A DNA stretch of 64,000 bases, from positions 1-64,000 of the IMG/VR virus record IMGVR_UViG_3300023082_000002; one strand, given 5' to 3'. This DNA comes from a virus. A program made the translations under genes and the position numbers. Shown one piece after another: positions 19,371-28,390 of the stretch; positions within the stretch are counted from its first letter, which is position 1, and each line of letters starts with the position of its first letter. Under the pieces are notes generated by a model. That model was given only the letters and a program-made list of their open reading frames with translations. It did not search any database and was not told the DNA's origin.

Positions 19371-19816
19371 TGGTCGTACAGTTTCTGCACAACCGCCTCC
19401 CTGAAAAGGTTAGGCAGAAGTGGCCGATCAATCGACTGATCAACGATGTCCTCATTCTCCTGATCGTTCTTCTCGGGTGGCTCGTTGTTGATCAGCGGAA
19501 GAACCTTGGCGATACTCAGGATTGCATTCGCGAGTATCTCGTTAGCCAGTCAGCAGCGCAGCAGCCGCGCAACCAGGCGAACATCGAGACCGATAATGCC
19601 TTAGCCGCGGCTATCAGTACCATCCCCCCACTCCTTCAAACGATCCTCTCAGCTGCCGCTGACTCGAACAACCTCCAGCTTCAGCAGCAGTCCCTGGACG
19701 CCGTTCGTAACACCAACAGAGCTTTCAGTGACTTCAATGTGAACTTTGCCGAGCTCAAAAAGGCTCGCGCAAACTTCCCCATCCCTCCGGCCCCTGAGAA
19801 CCTTTGCAAGGACTGA
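19370..19816 (+). CDS. membrane-anchored helical protein (lysis cassette)
   Basis: One N-terminal TM, then a helical ectodomain with 2 Cys. Confidence 0.7.
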   Translation: MVVQFLHNRLPEKVRQKWPINRLINDVLILLIVLLGWLVVDQRKNLGDTQDCIREYLVSQSAAQQPRNQANIETDNALAAAISTIPPLLQTILSAAADSNNLQLQQQSLDAVRNTNRAFSDFNVNFAELKKARANFPIPPAPENLCKD

Positions 19817-19817
19817 T

Positions 19818-20168
19818 ATGGAATTGGATTACGCGGAGTTCTTCCGCACGCTCGTTGGCACTGTGTTACTAGTAGCATGGTACGTCATTAGCCGACGCAC
19901 GCGAGGACGATGGGCACACATGACCCGAGTCGGAAAGCGTCTATGGATCGGCTACTACATTCTTTTGTTCGCCGTCATATGGGCGACAATTGATTCTCTC
20001 AACGCTGATTCACCAATCACCAGCAAGAATTACGTCCTCGCTTTTGCGGCGGCGTTCCTGGCGATTGGTGGGCTGTTGAGGCTAGAGGGTGACGAGAGCA
20101 CCGAACCCGTTTACTGGGTAAACCTGAAAGGAAGGCCGAGCACATGGCGAATTATCAAGCTGAGGTAG
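19818..20168 (+). CDS. 3-TM membrane protein (lysis cassette)
   Basis: ATG 19818 after AAGGA; three hydrophobic segments. Confidence 0.7.
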   Translation: MELDYAEFFRTLVGTVLLVAWYVISRRTRGRWAHMTRVGKRLWIGYYILLFAVIWATIDSLNADSPITSKNYVLAFAAAFLAIGGLLRLEGDESTEPVYWVNLKGRPSTWRIIKLR

Positions 20169-20171
20169 GGG

Positions 20172-21743
20172 GTGGCACCCATGGGAGCTAACACGCTGAT
20201 TCGTACCAGTAGCGGAGCTCGCATCCCCGACGAGTTGCTCGAGATGAATCGAGCAGTCGAGAAGATCATGAAGTGGGGCAAGGACTCCATGACAGTCACA
20301 CAGGGCTCACGCTCTGTGGCTGTTGGTGCTTCCGGGAACACACACGGAGGCGACGATGCGGAAGACCTCACTGCCAATGAGGCTGCTGCGAAGGAGAAGT
20401 ACTTTCGCCTCCAAGGTGGCATGTTCTACGAGCGTGCACCGATCAAGGGTGTCTGGTCTCGCCATGTTCACGGCGGGCGTGACTACTCGACTGTCGGCTC
20501 GAAGGCGTACGCGCAGCAGCTTGTGCAGTACCACAAGCGCAACAACGCGCTTGCGAACTTCGGCCCTGACACTGGCTACCGGATGCTTGTCTTCCCCAAG
20601 CACGTCTACAAGGGATACATCGGGTATGTGCAGGCACGAGGCGCCACGAACGCTTACGAGCAGCCGACCGGCAAGTCCAAGAAGATCACGCCGATCAAGC
20701 GCAAGCAGGTTACGTACGTCGTAGCCGAGATGGAAGTTGCCGGCTCGCGCTGGTATCTCACGCTGACCGGCAAGTGCATCAAGGCTTCTCGATTCAACAA
20801 GATCGCCAAGCCGAAGACTGTCGCTTCGACTCGTCCCGCTCCTGTGGTTGCCACACCTGCTCCGACTCCGAGTGCACCCGCATCGAAGCCGACGTCGACG
20901 ATTCTGAACATTGGTACTCGAAACGTCATCGTCAATCGTCTGACATCGTCGGGCAAGAACGGACGCTTTACCAATGTGAAGAAGGGTCTGTCGTGGCACG
21001 AGCGCAAGCCGCTTCTTGCCAAGGATGCGGCCCAGGCAAACCTGGACCTTCTCGGCACCCAAGAGGCTGGAGAGCGGTCAGACATGGCAGAGTTCGCGAC
21101 CAACCTTGAGCTCGCCACGAAGCACGACTGGGACTTTGTCTACGGTGGTGACAACTTCGACATCAGCCAAGCGAACCTGTGGGATCGTTCGACGCTCGGA
21201 GAGCTGGAGTCTGGTGTTGTTGATCTTGAAGGCAGCGATCACGACAAGCTCGTGTGGTCCCGTCACCGAGTGAAGGCTACTGGCGGTTCGCTGTTGATTG
21301 GCAACCTGCACTCCGAATGGCGCGAGGGAGGCAAGTCGGCGAAGGGCAACCAGTACGACAGGCTTCGCGAGCGTCAGTCCAAGAAGGCCATGGCATGGCT
21401 GATCGCAAAGGCCGAAGGTACTGACGACGTTGTCGTTCTTCTTGGCGATTTCAACTCCACCGCACAGAATCCGTACGATGGTCCCGGCAAGGCTGCCGCC
21501 GCTACAGGATTCCGTGACTGCGAGTCGGCAGCGAAGTCACAGGTTCGCACCGAGTGGAACAGTTACCACGGCTTTGAAAGCCCGAAGGCTGATAAGCAGT
21601 TTGATCGGTTCTTCGTTCTGCAGTCGCAGATCGACTCCGGTCAGCTGGAGGTCACGCACTTCGCGGTCGATCCGAACGCCGCAACCAAGGCTGGCAGTGA
21701 CCACTACCAGACCCGCATCCGTATCATCGTCCGAGTCAAGTAA
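20172..21743 (+). CDS. endolysin: M15-like Zn peptidase + SH3-like domain + EEP (endo/exonuclease/phosphatase) domain
   Basis: TQGS..SGNTHGGDDAED and RHVH motifs; P/T/S linker; GTRNV, GTQE, NLH, GDFN, FDRFFV, GSDH EEP motifs; flanked by membrane genes. Confidence 0.8.
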   Translation: MAPMGANTLIRTSSGARIPDELLEMNRAVEKIMKWGKDSMTVTQGSRSVAVGASGNTHGGDDAEDLTANEAAAKEKYFRLQGGMFYERAPIKGVWSRHVHGGRDYSTVGSKAYAQQLVQYHKRNNALANFGPDTGYRMLVFPKHVYKGYIGYVQARGATNAYEQPTGKSKKITPIKRKQVTYVVAEMEVAGSRWYLTLTGKCIKASRFNKIAKPKTVASTRPAPVVATPAPTPSAPASKPTSTILNIGTRNVIVNRLTSSGKNGRFTNVKKGLSWHERKPLLAKDAAQANLDLLGTQEAGERSDMAEFATNLELATKHDWDFVYGGDNFDISQANLWDRSTLGELESGVVDLEGSDHDKLVWSRHRVKATGGSLLIGNLHSEWREGGKSAKGNQYDRLRERQSKKAMAWLIAKAEGTDDVVVLLGDFNSTAQNPYDGPGKAAAATGFRDCESAAKSQVRTEWNSYHGFESPKADKQFDRFFVLQSQIDSGQLEVTHFAVDPNAATKAGSDHYQTRIRIIVRVK

Positions 21744-21751
21744 GGAAGACC

Positions 21752-22216
21752 ATGTTTATCATTGAACAGCTGGCGCTCGCCGAGCCCGGCGCACTCGACA
21801 CCAAGGGGATCGAGGTGTCGATCAGCACTGTCTGGTACACCTTCATCCTCGCCACTCTCGCCCCGCTCATCGTGGGTCTCATCACGAAGCGGTTCGTTGA
21901 GTCACGAACCAAGACACTCCTCCTGGTTGCCGTCACGGTGCTCATTCAGGTACTCACCGAGCTTGGCTCGACGTTCAATCTGTGGGAGTTTCTCACGAAG
22001 GCGTTCATGGCTTTTGTCCTCGCGGTCGGCATCCACTACCAGTTCCTGAAGAAGGCCGGCATCACTTCCCAGGATGGAGCTGTCAATAAGTTCTTGCCCG
22101 ACATCGGCATCGGCCACGACTACGGCGGCGATGACCTGCTGCCCGACCCGGAGCTGATTCGCAAGACCAACGAGGCGAACGGCATCACGGCGGAAGACTA
22201 CCCAAGCGAAAAGTAG
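21752..22216 (+). CDS. holin
   Basis: 3 TM, PLIVGLITK...TK.LLL pattern of actinophage holins; follows the endolysin. Confidence 0.75.
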   Translation: MFIIEQLALAEPGALDTKGIEVSISTVWYTFILATLAPLIVGLITKRFVESRTKTLLLVAVTVLIQVLTELGSTFNLWEFLTKAFMAFVLAVGIHYQFLKKAGITSQDGAVNKFLPDIGIGHDYGGDDLLPDPELIRKTNEANGITAEDYPSEK

Positions 22217-22227
22217 TCCCCACAAGC

Positions 22228-22270
22228 GCAAACCCCCCGCAGATACGCTCTGCGGGGGGTTTGCTTTCTT
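22228..22270. terminator. intrinsic terminator between the convergent arms
   Basis: Perfect 16-bp stem GCAAACCCCCCGCAGA/TCTGCGGGGGGTTTGC followed by TTTCTT. Confidence 0.9.
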
Positions 22271-22273
22271 CTA

Positions 22274-22405
22274 TTACTCCATGTACTCCGACGGGTCGGG
22301 CTCATCTTCAGGCCATGTGTTGTCACGCTCGAAGGCTGCAGCGCTTTGCTCGTCGCGGGACTCGAGGTCCTCGGCACCAGAATGAAAAGCGTTCGGCCCA
22401 CTCAC
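22274..22405 (-). CDS. 43-aa acidic hypothetical protein (not in ORF track)
   Basis: GTG start overlapping the upstream TGA; MSGPNAFHSG...SEYME. Confidence 0.45.
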   Translation of the reverse strand: MSGPNAFHSGAEDLESRDEQSAAAFERDNTWPEDEPDPSEYME

Positions 22406-22557
22406 AGGTCGATTCCGATCGACTCGTTCACGTTGTTGATGTCAGTCGCGCAGCAGGCGCACGTCTTGACCAGGGCGGGCCTGTGCATGTGTCCACACCG
22501 ATCACAAGCTGTCCTTGATTCGACGGGCGTCTTTACGCTAGATGATTCGTCCATCAT
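22402..22557 (-). CDS. 51-aa Cys-rich hypothetical protein (not in ORF track)
   Basis: AAGGGG RBS; CDRCGH...CACC. Confidence 0.55.
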   Translation of the reverse strand: MMDESSSVKTPVESRTACDRCGHMHRPALVKTCACCATDINNVNESIGIDL

Positions 22558-22563
22558 GTCCCC

Positions 22564-22770
22564 TTAAAAGGTTGTGGCGTTGTTGCGCGGATGACCCGGA
22601 GGGGTGGCGCTGCGGTGTGGCCGCACCCCGGCGCTGTGGTTCACGGTCGGGTCCGGCGACGCGGCGTCCGCGCAGTTCTGAGAACAGTAACCTGTCCCGA
22701 CCTGAGCCATGACTTTGATGTCACCCTTGCATGTCCTGCACTTTGTCAGTGCAGACTTAATCCTTGCCAT
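22564..22770 (-). CDS. small Zn-finger protein
   Basis: CRTC...YCSQNC. Confidence 0.65.
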   Translation of the reverse strand: MARIKSALTKCRTCKGDIKVMAQVGTGYCSQNCADAASPDPTVNHSAGVRPHRSATPPGHPRNNATTF

Positions 22771-23251
22771 TTTCTGAATTCCCTTCGATCGAACGGTCGA
22801 TACCGGACTCCATAAGCTTGTAAGCTTCTGATCCTCCGGCTGCTGCTGCCTTCATGATCTCGCCGACGACGCAGCCAGCAAACTCCCAGTCCATAATGAA
22901 GTTCGCTTCTACAGTCGACTCGGCCTTGTTGATCTTTCCACGCAGTCCCATGACGGCGAGTCCTCGATCATCACCGAGCATTGCGACTGTGTGAACGGAT
23001 GCTGTCAGGATCGCGTCGGTTGTGTCGACGATCGCGTCAGTGCGTCCTGGTGCCTCGCCAAGTTCGAAGCCACTGTCGATGAGGGTGCCGAACTGATAGT
23101 GGCTGGTCAGGGCTGCCACGGCTTCTAGTCCAGCACGGGTGCGATCACCTGACTCGCCCTGGTAGGGCGTGCCAAGGTCATCCAGCATCTCAGCATTCTT
23201 CGCCTCCCACGCCGACTTGAACGCGTCGACCTGCGCTTGTGTGACCTTCAT
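22757..23251 (-). CDS. hypothetical protein
   Basis: Coupled ORF with biased codons. Confidence 0.65.
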   Translation of the reverse strand: MKVTQAQVDAFKSAWEAKNAEMLDDLGTPYQGESGDRTRAGLEAVAALTSHYQFGTLIDSGFELGEAPGRTDAIVDTTDAILTASVHTVAMLGDDRGLAVMGLRGKINKAESTVEANFIMDWEFAGCVVGEIMKAAAAGGSEAYKLMESGIDRSIEGNSENGKD

Positions 23252-23481
23252 CCTTTAGTCGCCTCCGGGTCATTGCCGTAGGAGTTCTTCTCGACAATGA
23301 CTCCCTTGCGGTTCTTGATGATGAGTTCACAGCGCATAATCAGTGCCATGCCGATACCGACACTGATTGCCTGATGCTTCATGCGAGAACGACGCTGGAC
23401 CTTGGTTGCGCCTTGGAAGGCCGTGCTGAACCAGCCACCATCTCCGTCCGGCCCGACCTCGACCGAGTTTGTGTTTGCCAT
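23248..23481 (-). CDS. DUF2188-like protein
   Basis: V.PDGDGGW...QAI..G...ELIIKNRKG.I.EKNSYGNDP. Confidence 0.75.
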   Translation of the reverse strand: MANTNSVEVGPDGDGGWFSTAFQGATKVQRRSRMKHQAISVGIGMALIMRCELIIKNRKGVIVEKNSYGNDPEATKG

Positions 23482-23493
23482 ACCGTCCTCCTA

Positions 23494-24657
23494 CTAGATG
23501 ATAGGTTTGCTAGAGACCTTTGGCGAAGGGTCTCCGTACCCTTGGGTAATCATCGACTCGATCTGCAAAGCAAGTTCGTCGCTGATTTCGCCAGACTTGA
23601 GTAGCGCATCAATCTGTCCGAGAGTCAGATTTGCGTAACGGTCCTTGACTTCTTCGGGCAAGATGCGAAGGATGCCCTGAATGTCAGGGGTCCTCTTCTT
23701 GGATGCCGTGATCTTCACTTCGATGTCTCCGACGCGCCATTTGAAGGTGTCGTCGGCCTGGGACTTGGCGAGGATGATGCCGTCCAGTTCGTCGTTGAGA
23801 GAGCGCAGTGCCTTGAGTGCGGACTGAACCTTGTACTTCAGTTCGACCGCCTGGTCTGGAGTCTTTCCGAACACGCCGCCACCTGCAGCGTGCTTGATAA
23901 GTGTCTCACACTCAGATTTACGAACACAGTACATGCACTCATTGTTGAGAGTCTCGGGCAACCGGGCAGTCTCGTCAGCCGCGATTATCTTCTCGACCTC
24001 TTCGATAATGCGATACCAGGTCGCGGCGTTGTCTTCGCGAGTGAAGATAGTACTCGGGTTGCGAGTGTCATGACGAACCATGTCAAACTCGACGTGAATT
24101 TCTTGGGCATCAGGCTGCACGATTTGGACGGCCAGGGCATAGGCACGAGCCTGAATCTTCGACCGAAGGTCTTCGCTGCTAATGAAAGCTCGAATCGACT
24201 TGTAGTCGACTACTCGATAGATGCCAGGTCCGATGCGATCGAGCCGGTCGATAATGAAGGTGAACGGGATAGACCCGACCGAGGTAGCAACCTCGAACTC
24301 CTGGCGCAATTCCAAGCTGACGACCTCGACATGCGGCTCACGAACGTCGGTCCGGTTGAACCAGCGCCACGTCATCTCGCGAACGTCTTTCCACTGCTCG
24401 CTATCTAGGTCGGAGATGTCGAATGTCTCCTTGAAGGAGACCATGAGCATCGCTTCAAGAATCTCCCACTCCCAGTCCAGGGATTTTTCGACAACAGCCT
24501 TGCGGACAAAGACTTCCAATGCCCCGTGCACCGTGGACCCACGCAAGGCCGCGTCGCCGGATGGAGTGGGTGTGCGCTGGAACTTCTCGGCATGATAGCG
24601 GGCCATACAAGTCATAGCCGTGTCGAGCGCCGTGGCCGAGAGTGATTTCGGGATCAC
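23494..24657 (-). CDS. PD-(D/E)XK RecB/Cas4-like exonuclease
   Basis: LSAT...C..RY, GSTVH.ALE, IDRLD, VVDYKS, Q..AY, CMYC..K..C. Confidence 0.9.
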   Translation of the reverse strand: MIPKSLSATALDTAMTCMARYHAEKFQRTPTPSGDAALRGSTVHGALEVFVRKAVVEKSLDWEWEILEAMLMVSFKETFDISDLDSEQWKDVREMTWRWFNRTDVREPHVEVVSLELRQEFEVATSVGSIPFTFIIDRLDRIGPGIYRVVDYKSIRAFISSEDLRSKIQARAYALAVQIVQPDAQEIHVEFDMVRHDTRNPSTIFTREDNAATWYRIIEEVEKIIAADETARLPETLNNECMYCVRKSECETLIKHAAGGGVFGKTPDQAVELKYKVQSALKALRSLNDELDGIILAKSQADDTFKWRVGDIEVKITASKKRTPDIQGILRILPEEVKDRYANLTLGQIDALLKSGEISDELALQIESMITQGYGDPSPKVSSKPII

Positions 24658-24791
24658 CGCTTACCTCTGGAGTTTCGATTCGCAGTAGCGACAAGATCGC
24701 GACGCTGTTTTTCTTCTCGAATGTAGTCGATCGTGTCCTTCTTCTCGGGCCACACGGTCTCGACCAACCTGTACCAGGATTCATCTTGCAT
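24654..24791 (-). CDS. 45-aa hypothetical protein (not in ORF track)
   Basis: TAATG and GTGA coupling at both ends. Confidence 0.55.
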   Translation of the reverse strand: MQDESWYRLVETVWPEKKDTIDYIREEKQRRDLVATANRNSRGKR

Positions 24792-25033
24792 TACTTGTCA
24801 TCCTTCTTGAGAATTTCCCCGCCCCACATACCTTCACGGGAGCCTGTCTTGTCGCGGTACGCTTTGCATTCCTTGCGAACCGTGCATGAGATACAAATCC
24901 GCTTTGCCGGATCGGTTGGCTCACCCCTCTCGGGAAAAAAGATGTCGGGAGATAGATTCCCGTCTTCATCACGAGTTGGAGCAGACCCTCCGCAAGCGGC
25001 GTCCTTCATCCAGTGGTCGTCTTCACTGTACAA
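24791..25033 (-). CDS. whiB: WhiB family transcription factor
   Basis: W...AAC...PDIFFP...AKRICISCTVRKEC...GMWGG; start uncertain. Confidence 0.92.
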   Translation of the reverse strand: MYSEDDHWMKDAACGGSAPTRDEDGNLSPDIFFPERGEPTDPAKRICISCTVRKECKAYRDKTGSREGMWGGEILKKDDK

Positions 25034-25083
25034 AAACTTCGCTAGAAGGTTTCGTTCAGTTTTTTTCTCGCGTGTCCACTCGC

Positions 25084-25398
25084 CTAACTTGCAGGCAGCT
25101 GGACACCCGTCATTAACTTGGGCAGCCCGGTGTTCAGCGTCACGTCCGGCGACGACGCAGACGCCGGTACAGAGACGTCTCCATCTTTTCCCAGCTCATC
25201 CAGCACCTCCCCTACCGTTTGTACGTCGTCGGGAAGTTCGGGCTCGTCGGGATCACCCGCGATCGGCCTGAAGTCCAGATAGGTCGGAGCGTTGTCGAAT
25301 CGAACAGGAAAGATTTCTCGAACGCCGTCGTCAAACACCTCCGGAGTCGGCTCGATCTCATCACTGGTCTGGTTCGTCAAGTCTGGATCGGTGCTCAT
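25084..25398 (-). CDS. hypothetical acidic protein
   Basis: AAGGAG RBS. Confidence 0.65.
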   Translation of the reverse strand: MSTDPDLTNQTSDEIEPTPEVFDDGVREIFPVRFDNAPTYLDFRPIAGDPDEPELPDDVQTVGEVLDELGKDGDVSVPASASSPDVTLNTGLPKLMTGVQLPAS

Positions 25399-25483
25399 TT
25401 TGCTCCTTGTTCGTGGGTGGTCCTTGACATACTAGCCGATGCGGACGACCCGGCATAGCGCTTCGCCCCATCCCACCTATCGG

Positions 25484-25717
25484 CTACTTCTCATTGGGAA
25501 AGAGGTGAGGGTATCCCCACGGTTCTTGAGTGAGCACCAGGACTGCGCCCCCGCCGATGCGACGGAAGTCCTTGCTGTGCTCCATGTCGTACGGCCCGAT
25601 GACAGAGCGACGACCCCCCGGAGGTGTGATTCGGGGAACCGAGTCCGGCACCTCCCATTCTTCCTCCGTGTAGTACTTGCCGGACTCCTTGAACAGGATG
25701 ACCTGCGCCTTAGCCAT
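25484..25717 (-). CDS. hypothetical protein
   Basis: MAKAQVILFKESGKYY...; biased codons. Confidence 0.6.
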   Translation of the reverse strand: MAKAQVILFKESGKYYTEEEWEVPDSVPRITPPGGRRSVIGPYDMEHSKDFRRIGGGAVLVLTQEPWGYPHLFPNEK

Positions 25718-25876
25718 TGCGACCAACTTCCTTCCAGTACCACCGAACATCTTCAGTGGAGAATGACGGGATGAGTGCTAGAACTGCATGACAGTGTCGA
25801 CACACACGCAAAGTCCAGCGAAACCTGCGACGCGGCTGAGGCATTCCATTATGGAAGCAGTGGACCGGAGGTCTAG

Positions 25877-26596
25877 TCATCCGAAGAGTCCTTCCTCTCG
25901 TGAGTTGAAACGATCCGTTGCGAGCTTCCAGTTTGTCTCGTCGTACTCGATGCAGACTGCGGGACGATCAAGGGTCCGAGCCGCGATCGCTAGAGACCCC
26001 GACCCACCGAAGGGATCGACAACGGACTCACCCTCGTTGGTGCTGGTCTTGAGAAGCAGTTCCAGGAGCCATTGGGGTTTCTCGTGTGGATGGATAAGAT
26101 CAGAGGGTCGCACTTGCGGACCTCTGATAACAGCATTGCGACGCTTCGCAGACTTGGGTCGTCGACCCTTCTGGAAGAAGAGAATGAACTCGCTTCCCAT
26201 TCCCCACGGGCATTCAAGGTCGCCCATACCCGGACCGTCTTTTTCCCATACAAGTACAGCCTTGCGCTTGAAACCGTACCCAGCAAGAAATTCATCTGTC
26301 ATTACCATCCAGTCAGCCAGGACCTGATACGACGTGAAGATATAGAGGTCGCAGTCAGGCGTTGTCTTTGGTAGAAGGCTGTTCATAACATTCTTGAACA
26401 CCTCAATTGCAATTTCGGGAGACTCGTCGTTCGCAATCTTGCGTGCGTACTTCTTGCCGGCCTCGGTCTTCGCCATGTTCGACTGGTTGTCGACGCCGAA
26501 CGGTGGGTCAGTGATTATGCAGTTGACTGATGATTCGTTGAAGAGCTTTGTCATCTCCACCGAATCCCCAAGCCATATCTGCTGGGATGCCGTCAA
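25877..26596 (-). CDS. DNA N6-adenine/N4-cytosine methyltransferase (beta class)
   Basis: ITDPPF catalytic motif precedes HPHEKP and DPFGGSGS SAM-binding motif. Confidence 0.92.
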   Translation of the reverse strand: MTASQQIWLGDSVEMTKLFNESSVNCIITDPPFGVDNQSNMAKTEAGKKYARKIANDESPEIAIEVFKNVMNSLLPKTTPDCDLYIFTSYQVLADWMVMTDEFLAGYGFKRKAVLVWEKDGPGMGDLECPWGMGSEFILFFQKGRRPKSAKRRNAVIRGPQVRPSDLIHPHEKPQWLLELLLKTSTNEGESVVDPFGGSGSLAIAARTLDRPAVCIEYDETNWKLATDRFNSREEGLFG

Positions 26597-26849
26597 GGTC
26601 CATCTCCTCCTCTGTGAGTTGTTCTAGTACAAGCTTGAGTAGTGCTAGTGAGTTGTATTTCTTGCGCCGGAATCCACTGACTACTCGCAGATAACGAGCG
26701 ACCGAGTTACCATGATCTACTGCAATCTTGGCTGTGTAACTACCAACCTCGGGGTCGCCCTCCATCGTGTTCTCTATCCGCAAGACCGCCAAGGTCTTCT
26801 CGCGGAGTGGCCCGCTCGGAGGCTTGACCTTGATTGTTATCTCGATCAT
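26508..26849 (-). CDS. hypothetical protein
   Basis: TGATG-coupled ORF. Confidence 0.6.
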   Translation of the reverse strand: MIEITIKVKPPSGPLREKTLAVLRIENTMEGDPEVGSYTAKIAVDHGNSVARYLRVVSGFRRKKYNSLALLKLVLEQLTEEEMDLDGIPADMAWGFGGDDKALQRIISQLHNH

Positions 26850-27379
26850 CAGAAGCTAGGCGTGTTGTCGTCGTTCGGGCCGCGCCAGATTTGGAGCTGT
26901 GGCTCGGGTGCCTCAGTGCACTCATCGAGCTTGTCCCAGACAAATTGAGGCAGCTCATCAGGATTGAAGCCAACCCAAACAGAAGCACGAATAGCAATCC
27001 GGGGAGTGACATCTGCGTGTTGTTCCACAACGACAGTGCGAACGTCGCGTACGCTCCGATCATTGCCAAAAAGCACACCCTGAAGAGCATCTTCGAGCCC
27101 CTTCTGGATATTGGTTGCGTCGACCTGTGACTTCTTGACCTTCTTGCGGGTACCCTCATAGGTGTCGCGACTCCTCCAGATGTAGAAGGTGAGTGAATAC
27201 TCACCGGGTGGTAGTGGCTCGACGTCCAAAAGCGCTTCGCGTACGGCCTCCTGGAAGGCGACGAGCTGTAGGTTAGGGCCGATCCTTGGGAACACACCAC
27301 CGTTCTTGCGACCGATGTCAAGCGGACCAATTGCCCACTGCTCAGCATTGAGTCCAAGAGTAAACCAGCGATCAGTCAT
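26849..27379 (-). CDS. rusA: RusA-like Holliday junction resolvase
   Basis: DATNIQKGLEDALQGVLFGNDRSV motif; start reassigned to ATG 27379. Confidence 0.85.
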   Translation of the reverse strand: MTDRWFTLGLNAEQWAIGPLDIGRKNGGVFPRIGPNLQLVAFQEAVREALLDVEPLPPGEYSLTFYIWRSRDTYEGTRKKVKKSQVDATNIQKGLEDALQGVLFGNDRSVRDVRTVVVEQHADVTPRIAIRASVWVGFNPDELPQFVWDKLDECTEAPEPQLQIWRGPNDDNTPSF

Positions 27380-27765
27380 GACGGTTCCTTGATCTCGCCC
27401 ATGATGAGAACGGTAATGCCTGCCTTGCGTGCTCGCTTTATGCAGTCCCATGTTCCACTAGACTCGGCGTCAGGAAACGCGACACACAGGTCAGCCCCGG
27501 CATCCACCATCTCCTGATTGCGGATCGGACCAGCGCCCTTGCCGTAGGTCTTCCAGAGTGCTTCGTGCGGCTCGGTCGGAAGTCCTTTGGATTCCCAGAT
27601 GCGCTTAGCCTGAATGTCGATACCCGGCGCTGCGCCGTGAACTAGAGTGACCGGCTGCCCCGGGGTGCCAGGATTGAGTACAGAATATGCAGCGAACAGT
27701 CCGGCCTCGACCAGCTTCTCATCGGGCCAGCCGCGTCGAGTACCTGTGACAATAAGGCGCTTCAT
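27376..27765 (-). CDS. SLOG-superfamily (DUF2493/YspA-like) protein
   Basis: IVTGTR, VHGAAPGID, AGPIRNQEMV, SSGTWDC. Confidence 0.85.
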   Translation of the reverse strand: MKRLIVTGTRRGWPDEKLVEAGLFAAYSVLNPGTPGQPVTLVHGAAPGIDIQAKRIWESKGLPTEPHEALWKTYGKGAGPIRNQEMVDAGADLCVAFPDAESSGTWDCIKRARKAGITVLIMGEIKEPS

Positions 27766-28007
27766 TGCTTACGCTTCTCTCGCTCGATGTATTCGAGTGC
27801 GGCAGCCAAGGTTGCCGCAGCCTTCTCAAGGTTACGCTCTGTTGCACGGGCGTCGGGCGAGCGCACCCCCTTGTCGATATAGAACTTGCTCACCTCGGTC
27901 AGATGTGCAAGCCCTTGGGCGTCGTCGTGACTGACGGGGTATCGCTTCTCCTGCTCGTTACGCGCCTTCCAGATTCGGAGAATGACACCCGGCGTGTGGC
28001 GGCTCAT
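27762..28007 (-). CDS. hypothetical protein
   Basis: Coupled ORF. Confidence 0.6.
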   Translation of the reverse strand: MSRHTPGVILRIWKARNEQEKRYPVSHDDAQGLAHLTEVSKFYIDKGVRSPDARATERNLEKAAATLAAALEYIEREKRKQ

Positions 28008-28390
28008 GCGAGCCGTCCCTCATAGAACAGCTCGAAGTCATCAAGGGGCGCAAGCAGCCTGTTGCTTAGCATCTCTGGGGCGTATCGCAAGAGTCTGTAA
28101 CCGAGAGCGTTGGCAAGGTGAAGCTCTATAAGAGCACCTTTGCTTAGCGTCCAACCAGGAAGCATGACGATGACGTTGCACTCCATCTCCATCTTGATTG
28201 CGTGCTTCATATACCATTGCCAGCCCATATTGTCTTCGGGCTTAATGTCCTGCTCGAGATCAATCTCGTGAGGCGAACGAACCTTCATCCCAAGCTCTCG
28301 GAGCTGGTTTGTCACTCGTTCGAAGGTATCGTAGTTGAACTTGGGCAGCCCTGTCATCGGGCCAGACAAGTAGTAGATTGACTCTTCCAT
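28004..28390 (-). CDS. DUF4406 / nucleoside deoxyribosyltransferase-like protein
   Basis: YLSGPMTG.P.FN..F, MLPGW..SKGA..E..LA. Confidence 0.85.
   Translation of the reverse strand: MEESIYYLSGPMTGLPKFNYDTFERVTNQLRELGMKVRSPHEIDLEQDIKPEDNMGWQWYMKHAIKMEMECNVIVMLPGWTLSKGALIELHLANALGYRLLRYAPEMLSNRLLAPLDDFELFYEGRLA

Noticed and set aside
23494-24657. Cas4-like nuclease as a sign of a CRISPR system
   Set aside because: Stand-alone phage PD-(D/E)XK exonuclease; no repeat-spacer array or other cas genes seen
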